54,096 bases of DNA, taken from the IMG/VR virus record IMGVR_UViG_3300005613_000081, positions 1 through 54,096 of that record; one strand, given 5' to 3'. Origin of the DNA: a virus. Its lineage: Duplodnaviria; Caudoviricetes. A program made the position numbers and the translations under genes. Position 1 is the first letter of the stretch, and every line of letters begins with the position of its first letter. Shown in pieces: positions 30,401 to 36,408 of the stretch. The notes below the pieces were generated by a model. It was not told the origin of the DNA, did not search any database, and was given only the letters and a program-made list of their open reading frames with translations.

Positions 30401-31075
30401 AGAGATATTTTTGGTAAAATGAAATCTAGAACTTTATTTACTCTTACTAATAATAATAATAATATAATAGCTTTAAATGTAAAAAGTGGTAATTGGTTTG
30501 AACCAGTAGTTGGTCAGATTAGAAAAAATTTAAATTTATTAAATATAGATGTAGATAATTTGTCTACTTCTAGTTTTTTAGATATTGGATCTGTAGTTCA
30601 TATTGCTTTAGTTTGGGATAATAGTGGTAGTTATATGGACGATAGAAGTACTATAAGATTTTATATTAATAATGAGTTGATAGTTAATTCTAGCATCACT
30701 TGGGATGTAGATAGTTCTAATAATGTTAATTTTAGACTTGGTGGTATAAACACTGAAATGGCTGGTAATAGGGATTTTTGGGGGTCTGGGATTTTTGAAA
30801 ATTTAAAGATATATAATTATCCAAAAACATCTTTTGATATAAATAACCAAAGTGTTGATAAAGATGTTGTTTATTTACCGAATGATTTTGTGGAGATATC
30901 TGATAATAATATTGATTTTTATGGTATAAATTCTGAAAATTTACCATTAGTGTTTCAACAGGTTTCTCCAAATAAAAGTCGCACAATTTATATTAGGTCT
31001 AATAAAGATAATACTTTTAAACAAACTAATATTAAGACGGGTACAGTTATTGTTGATTGGTTAGTTAGTGTGTAA
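24425..31075 (+). CDS. Giant multi-domain adhesin-like virion protein (several F5/8-type C/CBM-like domains, C-terminal LamG/ConA-like domain)
   Basis: WLGYDFG...VKEMEMYG and NIAYGATVT...NAVDG...YLEIDF...LREVEIY are discoidin patterns. GSIEFY...HIALVWD...IRFYINNEL...LGG...FENLKIYN is a LamG pattern. Confidence 0.75.
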   Translation: MSYNFLRDARHIQNSFLCKYDSLDGYASDFHINGNVDGWDVYNNIYLYGCWGSVLFGTSYDRDCYISRSNVFEYVEAESYYYIKLMMKVTNNNSGKVVQGLTTGRIRWITITDSTWDEDKQLDFDIIADDKWRLYTINMGPEQLWQGDVNNLRIYPFIDGWEGDEFAIKFIKVSSLNNWSCSNTQCSYYTQYNHPCAGAGSRGSCEAGIDKSSYTTVSGVSDNLIINIDGYGDEEFSLGNNVNVTGIEMARIIGDKVSTVGIGGYAFVDVEYLETNKLKIKSGSIGSDSYVEVKYSTASEALGFYDNGINVSNHTSGLDPADKFDYTSSRLLQSFEINKLIDGDKENVAYIHNPNQYNVEGGRKDFNEIGVSKLISEIGGVDYYESLGNNNKTLIDLSHPINNNGRIKAIYLYGRISTLSKVKICRPKKDGTLEVVCSLDLPLEDDSKLYTYLPINYRLDCSVLVNKGDLIGIYNADLYVGLTLRGYPDASFYHVSGEVSGTFDPGKVYSFGVAGFAIYARGDRYQNNLLLDIDFGNRINIEEVNLYGEENAEYLEFNIASCLDVSWQVDLFSESHYHSGTNWLNGDPWTDVHQNIAYGEDCLDDCIVTADNGQAGDTYGNDSNGLWTSGDHSYFYVNGDAEWLYSDECTGKTEYCWPYVPGSALGIRTERVGGFTYDPIAFTLIFPHGFRTSIHKSIMYFKERDNFRSVALSYYLGPYNFTGDADTTSFKLIPSYNSIGLDGSLYTYENSGEIRDYIFKNPTNQRIIYANGAASNWREYQAALWADWVILEHNFDPVECYGFRIYTDHHYSTKIMELEVYSKIETDPSLLDNISLSFSDYDDIWKTASFVEESSNKVSAFIGGSPRYVSIEIESANEFSVNEIEFLVGDQLKLESCEDTILLSESGINKVNKAMSIGIENIYDIPLDLTVDIPKEISDTDGIIFWSKLGSQDEIDNPEIGPGCILHKNDDYDIRNDNCQCAINIPCYGLKNLVDGKESYVFENEYSWYYYGTLSSGTSVDYCNSEAGHRKDIVFDAVSSKYWKVSGYYPEDYVISNVDAFYNGNSVNIISTLSGTMTYESPFFIELESNEPLDTIILYATGDLTLPSIFLSVDNITYGLWARDIGSTSDATEIDGTCDSKDCYDDDCDYFGCRKAFNNDESDYYHSKAGDALDPEKWLGYDFGEEVVIQRVRFKQYSATGHYLKNYIVEGTTDANADWDSRSWTTLANGTGSMGWNDITFSNSTGYKAIRVRGDSHSPYYFVVKEMEMYGSVLDSPNNLSLNIYDYYKYFVIDLERRHNLDIIRNYGDDTNKLFISTNVVTDFSNSMTSNVDDVIWNNSTNEDVRWLRIKILCEESNTKCLRKLGIYSDISQAYCIGGGYNCEWESLGTILSSYPAPINIAYGATVTGTNYWFRNYYPDNAVDGIYDSYKTEDSWGFQKVDGIDPYLEIDFDDIYTINKIKLYHGHNPKDTTYINKDYTLSVLTTVSGIFEEVLSVTSNDEYEVTHQFDPVDAQIVRLTITDYDSSRYLVYNESTQRYEEFKGSFLREVEIYTYVDEGYVDSETWPVVCMNLKDQFNIIDHELINKDITDSDTDWDNNEDFFKYSDNIWSDPEKVSFTEGGEYVTSYVSDDNSGDVRGSTEYLFDTNVYFEEGRYNIEWSAYKAVYNEEISLRLEGNNVIDSFADVLYDGWSGQKSIIDISESGFYDIKGVQHISPEYRWGTKDPYIYRSSGYVKWVSVKRDTAENYSYDDDSDKYGKDYLSLFKVFGDTKYNPSEYSWWWSSTLSSLDNDGFNVQVGSRSLKISYPTSSGTDIVSFIEGDDFGEDIYYSPEDALSFWWYISDVSKLDVVFGDVSFGIINGEEPIYYKWYINSLSLTSNWNYIRLKFNEYDIVSPSTDLYSMYSFLDEKLDFRTNGKSFTSFKIRYRGKGQSFIMNIDSLKIERNKFLDFVKFENGLCLTNDDFLETPISNLSLRKGSIEFYLKLYYDSYGRDIFGKMKSRTLFTLTNNNNNIIALNVKSGNWFEPVVGQIRKNLNLLNIDVDNLSTSSFLDIGSVVHIALVWDNSGSYMDDRSTIRFYINNELIVNSSITWDVDSSNNVNFRLGGINTEMAGNRDFWGSGIFENLKIYNYPKTSFDINNQSVDKDVVYLPNDFVEISDNNIDFYGINSENLPLVFQQVSPNKSRTIYIRSNKDNTFKQTNIKTGTVIVDWLVSV

Positions 31076-31087
31076 AGAGTGGATATT

Positions 31088-32125
31088 ATGGTTAAAAAGA
31101 TTACATATGAATTTGTAAAAGAACAATTTGAGAAAGAAAAGTATAAGTTATTAAGCAAAGAATACATTAATGCTCATACAAAATTGGAATATGTTTGCCC
31201 TCAAGGACACAGGCATAGTATTATTTGGAATAGTTGGCAGCGAGGACATAGATGCCCTTTTTGTGTTGGACTCGGTAAGCCTTCTATAGAATTTATTAAA
31301 TCTGAATTTGAAAAAGAAGGATATCAACTTTTAACAGATAGATATATAAATAGCAGACAAAAATTAGTTTACATTTGTCCAGAGGGTCATAAGCATAATA
31401 TTACATGGTCTTCTTGGTGGTTTCAGAAATGTAGATGCCCATATTGTGTTGGAAAGGCTAAGCCGATTACTGAATTTATCAGGTCGGAATTTAAAAAAGA
31501 GGGTTATGAATTATTAACTAAGGAATATGTGAATAGTAGGCAAAAGTTAGATTATATCTGTCCTAATGGGCATAAACATGATATTTCATGGCATGATTGG
31601 CAACAGGGCCGACGCTGTTATTATTGTTTTGGTAATATAAAACCGCCTATAGAATTTATTAAATCTGAGTTTGCTAAAGAGGGTTATATTCTTTTAATTA
31701 CTGAGTATGTAAATAGTCAGCAGAAATTAGATTATATTTGTCCTAGAGGGCACAAGCATAATATTAGTTGGAATAGATGGAAACGAGGGCAAAGATGCCC
31801 ATATTGTATTGGGAGAATTTCTAATGAAGAGGTAGAAGTAAGAAATTTTATTGAATCTTTGGGCATTAAAATTTCACCAAACGATAGGAAACAAATATTT
31901 AATCCATATACTGGGAATGGGTTTGAATTAGATATTTTCATGTTAGATTTTGATAAAGCTGTGGAATATAATGGGACTTATTGGCATAAAGATGAGGGTA
32001 GGGACTTACTCAAACAGCAGCTTTGTAGAGCAAAAGGAATAGATTTATTAACTATTTGGGATAAGGAATGGTTAAATGATAATGATAAATGTAAAGATAA
32101 AATAACAGAATTTATATTTAATTGA
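31088..32125 (+). CDS. Zn-binding repeat (4x) + Vsr/DUF559-like endonuclease, copy 2
   Basis: Same architecture as 15836..16915, with ELDIF...AVEYNGTYWH...D..K. ATG 31088 is preferred over GTG 31079 because it matches the paralog N-termini. Confidence 0.8.
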   Translation: MVKKITYEFVKEQFEKEKYKLLSKEYINAHTKLEYVCPQGHRHSIIWNSWQRGHRCPFCVGLGKPSIEFIKSEFEKEGYQLLTDRYINSRQKLVYICPEGHKHNITWSSWWFQKCRCPYCVGKAKPITEFIRSEFKKEGYELLTKEYVNSRQKLDYICPNGHKHDISWHDWQQGRRCYYCFGNIKPPIEFIKSEFAKEGYILLITEYVNSQQKLDYICPRGHKHNISWNRWKRGQRCPYCIGRISNEEVEVRNFIESLGIKISPNDRKQIFNPYTGNGFELDIFMLDFDKAVEYNGTYWHKDEGRDLLKQQLCRAKGIDLLTIWDKEWLNDNDKCKDKITEFIFN

Positions 32126-32152
32126 ATAATGAAATAAAAAGGGGTTTAATAA

Positions 32153-35100
32153 ATGGCAAAATACAATTTGATTCGAAATGGAAGTCTCCAACCACTTTTA
32201 GTAAGTGGCACTGGCAATAGGAATTTAAGCTGGCTTCAATTAGAAAGTTTAATGGATGGGACAACTACTTCAGGAGGAGTTACTTTAACATCTGATGATG
32301 TTTTGTATTTGGAAGCTGATATGTCCAATCGGGTTAAATTAGATTCAGTAAGACTTTATGCTAGTGATTTAACTAAATCATCCAACATTAATTTTTATTA
32401 TAAAAACTATGATAGTGATAATTATACTTTGTGTTCTAAAAGTGTGGGTGATTACTATTATCCCACATTACCAAGTCCACAAGCTCCTAGGTTTATTTTA
32501 ACTACTATTTCAGGTATTAGTATACAAATATATGAATACATGATAATTAACAATGATACTATAGTGGCTTATGGGGAAGACGGTAGTGAATATGCTAAAT
32601 ATCTGGATGATTGCCCTGTTGGTGAAACAGGCGATGCTACAACTGTATCAATTTATAATAATTCTACAAACGCTATGCCTGCAAATGCTTATGTGTGTGT
32701 GGATTGGACAGATGATGAGGCTGATAATTATGTGAAAATATCATCGAGTGAAAATGGTACTTATTATGGTATTGAAGATGGTATATTAGTTGAGGATAAT
32801 AATGAATCATCAACTTATATGTGGGATATGGGTGAGTATAGTAATATGGAGGTTTCTGGTGACAGTGTTGTTATAAGCTCAATTGCGGATGGTTTAGTTA
32901 TAAAAATGTTGGATGAGTTGCCTTTAATAGATAATTCCAATGCATTTGGTACAGGAAGTAACACATGGGATTATGATAGTGTTAATAAAAAAATGTATGT
33001 TATTGGTAGGGATTCTTCAACGTTAAAATTATGGGAATATAATTATAGTGATGATGAGTGGGACTATATAGGAGAGATAGATAGTGTTGGCAGTGATAGT
33101 GACGCTAATTTTCCAGTAATGTCTTATTGTTCTGTATCTGGTACTAATAGGATATATGTAATGACTAAATTTGATGGCACGTTCGGTTATTATGACTTAG
33201 ATGGTATTCAAGATAATTGGACTACGTGTGTTAATCCAAATTGGAGCTTTAGTTTAGATTCAAGTGACAGAGTTTCTATGTGTAGTGATGGCGTAAAATA
33301 TATATATGCTTTAACTTCTGAATATGGGGAAGATTTTAATGATAGAAATTTCAAAAGGTTTGATACTATATCTGGTACATGGACTACTTTGAGTGGATCA
33401 TACCGTCAATATCCATATGAAAGTGGAAGTGGAAGTTATTATCCAAATAGAACTTGTATGACTTATGATAAAGACAGAGATTATATTTATTTGGCACAAG
33501 GTTCTGAGGGACATGCCACTAATAATTATATACAAAAATATGTTGTGGATTCTAATGTGTGGAATAATCAATATATAGATGTTGATGAATTAACAGGATA
33601 CGAGTCAAATATATTTTATTCAATATCATATTGTAATAATTATTTGTATTTAAGTTGTGACGAAAACTGGGAGTCTTATTTTTATTCGTACAATCTATCC
33701 ACAGCTGAGGTCGAAAAAATTTATTTGGGATACAAACATGAAACTGTAAATCAAAATGGGCCAAGTTGTTATATATTAGCTATTAATCCTTCTGATAGTG
33801 GTAATAGTGTATATTTTGCACAAATTGATGATTATAGTGAATATTTAATTTCCTATGGGGTTGTATTTAGTAGTGTTGGTATTTATACATCTCCAATTTT
33901 TTATTTTGAAGATGTTGATAGCGTAAGTTATTTTATAACTGATGGTACTACTGAAAGTGGTAGTAATAGTATAAGCTATAATGAGAATGTATATAATGGT
34001 ACTATTAGAGTGAGAAGTAGTAATACTACTCCTTTAACTATTGATGAAGTTTATTGGGGAATAGAAACATCTAGTAGTGATGTGTATATAAAAAATGCTG
34101 TTATATACAATGGTGATTTTAGTGATTTGGTTAGTGTGGGCAGTAATTATTGGACACCTTTATTTATAGCAGTTGATAAAAGAACTGGTTATATTTATTT
34201 TGCTTATACTTATTATTATAACTGGAACAATAAGGGTGCTGGATTTTATGTATATGATTATAATGGTACTTTAATATATGATATAGGAGGAGGCTTTTAT
34301 TATAACGAATCTGTTATTACTAATGTTGAAATAGATAAGTTTGGTAATATTTGGTGTTATGCAGTATCTGCTAAAACCTTATTTCATAGAGATGCTTCAA
34401 ATGATAGTAGTTTGTATTCATATAATGATGGTACTGATTTTCTTTACGATTTGGCTGTTGAGATGGGTGGTACTGGTGTATGGTATACTGATAAGTTAAA
34501 TGATTTAATAGTTCATTTAGATACAGATGGTAATGTTTTGCATCAATTACCATCAAATGAACCTAGAGCTATTTGTGGTACTACAGATAATGGTTGTTGG
34601 ATTACTGATAATACTGATGAAAAGGCATATAAGTATAGTTCTACTGGTACCTTGTTGCAAACAGTAGATATTGGGAGAACAGCTACTCGTATGTGTAGTG
34701 ATATGGTGGATGGTTTTTGGTATATTAGTAGTGACCATGTTTATCATGTTGACAGTAATGGTACTGAAGATGTAGATGTTTCTGTTGGTAATGTTTCCAG
34801 AATTAAAGGTGGGTATAATGGGTGTGTTGTATGGCCTAGCGATAATGATTGGGTAAAATATATAAATAATAATGGAAATATTACTAGGACTTTTACAATA
34901 CCCGGTATAACTAATACAGCTTGTCCAGCATTATTTTCTTTTAGACATGAAGATTTTGTCGAATTTCAAGATACTGCCAACTTAATTCCAGTTAGTTATG
35001 ATCCTATTTGGGGAACAGGTGGATCTCTTGAATGGAAAGAAGTTAGAAAAGATGGATATTTTTTACCAAAAGTTAGATATCACCAAACTGAAACAACTTT

Positions 35101-35281
35101 GAGATGTGAAAGTTATAGTAGTCCTTCTTTGGATAAAATAATTGTTCCAAGATCTATCAAGGTTCAAGATATTGCCAAACAATCAAGTAAAAATATTTAT
35201 ATAAAAACTGTTATACCTCATGATGCGTCGATTCAAGATTATTCTGCTTGCCTTAAAGCTTGGTGGGGATGTGAAGTATGA
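32153..35281 (+). CDS. Virion protein with Kelch-like and NHL/Vgb-like beta-propeller regions
   Basis: Repeated (K/R/Y)(M/I)Y.....(LWEY/FKRF/IQKY)....W blades, then GVWYTD, GCWITD and GFWYI blades. Confidence 0.6.
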   Translation: MAKYNLIRNGSLQPLLVSGTGNRNLSWLQLESLMDGTTTSGGVTLTSDDVLYLEADMSNRVKLDSVRLYASDLTKSSNINFYYKNYDSDNYTLCSKSVGDYYYPTLPSPQAPRFILTTISGISIQIYEYMIINNDTIVAYGEDGSEYAKYLDDCPVGETGDATTVSIYNNSTNAMPANAYVCVDWTDDEADNYVKISSSENGTYYGIEDGILVEDNNESSTYMWDMGEYSNMEVSGDSVVISSIADGLVIKMLDELPLIDNSNAFGTGSNTWDYDSVNKKMYVIGRDSSTLKLWEYNYSDDEWDYIGEIDSVGSDSDANFPVMSYCSVSGTNRIYVMTKFDGTFGYYDLDGIQDNWTTCVNPNWSFSLDSSDRVSMCSDGVKYIYALTSEYGEDFNDRNFKRFDTISGTWTTLSGSYRQYPYESGSGSYYPNRTCMTYDKDRDYIYLAQGSEGHATNNYIQKYVVDSNVWNNQYIDVDELTGYESNIFYSISYCNNYLYLSCDENWESYFYSYNLSTAEVEKIYLGYKHETVNQNGPSCYILAINPSDSGNSVYFAQIDDYSEYLISYGVVFSSVGIYTSPIFYFEDVDSVSYFITDGTTESGSNSISYNENVYNGTIRVRSSNTTPLTIDEVYWGIETSSSDVYIKNAVIYNGDFSDLVSVGSNYWTPLFIAVDKRTGYIYFAYTYYYNWNNKGAGFYVYDYNGTLIYDIGGGFYYNESVITNVEIDKFGNIWCYAVSAKTLFHRDASNDSSLYSYNDGTDFLYDLAVEMGGTGVWYTDKLNDLIVHLDTDGNVLHQLPSNEPRAICGTTDNGCWITDNTDEKAYKYSSTGTLLQTVDIGRTATRMCSDMVDGFWYISSDHVYHVDSNGTEDVDVSVGNVSRIKGGYNGCVVWPSDNDWVKYINNNGNITRTFTIPGITNTACPALFSFRHEDFVEFQDTANLIPVSYDPIWGTGGSLEWKEVRKDGYFLPKVRYHQTETTLRCESYSSPSLDKIIVPRSIKVQDIAKQSSKNIYIKTVIPHDASIQDYSACLKAWWGCEV

Positions 35282-36309
35282 AAAGAAAAAGATACACAAT
35301 AAATGATGTTAGAGAAGCTTTTGAAAAAGAAGGATATCAACTTCTTACCAAGGAATATGTAAATAGTAAGCAAAAGTTAGATTATATTTGCCCAAAAGGA
35401 CATAGACATAGTGTTAGGCGGACTAGTTGGCAACAAGGACATAGATGTCCTTATTGTGATGGCCAAGGTAAACCGACCATTGAATTTATTAGATCGGAGT
35501 TTGCTAAGGAAGGATATATTCTTTTAACAGATAAATATATTAATACAAAATCCAAATTAGATTATATTTGCCCCAAAGGTCATAAACATAGTATTTGTTG
35601 GGCAAATTGGCAACAAGGACAACGATGTTATTATTGTAAGCATAACGTGCCTACTATAGAATTTATTAAGAAACAGTTTGAAAAAGAAAATTATAAACTT
35701 TTAACTGTTGAATATAAAAATTGTTATCAAAAATTAGATTATATTTGTTTAAATGGGCACAAGCATAGTATTTGTTGGAATGACTGGAAAAATGGAAATA
35801 GGTGCCCTTATTGTGCTGGTCAGGGTAAGCCAACTATAGAATTTATTAAGTCGGAATTTGCTAAGGAAGGTTATAGACTTTTAACTACTGAATATAAAAA
35901 TGCTCATCGAAAATTAAGTTATATTTGTTCAAAGTGGCATAAACATAATACTAGTTGGAATAATTGGCAGCGTGGAAAAAGATGTCCGTATTGTGCTGGT
36001 AATATTTCAAAGGGAGAAATAGAGGTAAGAAATTTCATCAAATCCTTAGGAATTGAAGTTTCATCTAATGATAGGAGCCAGATATTCAATCCAGAAACTG
36101 GCTATGGATTTGAACTAGATATTTTTATGCCATATCTTAATAAAGCTGTAGAGTATAACGGTGAATACTGGCATCAGGATAAAACTAGAGATTTACTTAA
36201 ACAACAACTTTGTGAATCGAAAAACATTGATTTGTTAACTATTTGGGATAGAGGGTGGGAGACTAATAGTGAAAAGTGCAAGAAAAAAATAATTGAATTT
36301 ATATTTTAG
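35278..36309 (+). CDS. Zn-binding repeat (4x) + Vsr/DUF559-like endonuclease, copy 3
   Basis: Same architecture; SKGE...ELDIF...AVEYNGEYWH...D..K. ATGA overlap with the upstream gene. Confidence 0.8.
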   Translation: MKRKRYTINDVREAFEKEGYQLLTKEYVNSKQKLDYICPKGHRHSVRRTSWQQGHRCPYCDGQGKPTIEFIRSEFAKEGYILLTDKYINTKSKLDYICPKGHKHSICWANWQQGQRCYYCKHNVPTIEFIKKQFEKENYKLLTVEYKNCYQKLDYICLNGHKHSICWNDWKNGNRCPYCAGQGKPTIEFIKSEFAKEGYRLLTTEYKNAHRKLSYICSKWHKHNTSWNNWQRGKRCPYCAGNISKGEIEVRNFIKSLGIEVSSNDRSQIFNPETGYGFELDIFMPYLNKAVEYNGEYWHQDKTRDLLKQQLCESKNIDLLTIWDRGWETNSEKCKKKIIEFIF

Positions 36310-36408
36310 TAAAAAGTAAGATTTAAGGGAATTATATTAAAGGGTTTAGAAAAACTTGGTGGGGAATTAATAGTTAATTAAATAGGAGTGGTATTATTAT
36401 AAATACTA

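Noticed and set aside
36398-36405. TATAAATA as a T4-type late promoter
   Set aside because: It lies only 3 nt before the ATG and downstream of the likely RBS, and the octamer is expected by chance in such AT-rich DNA.
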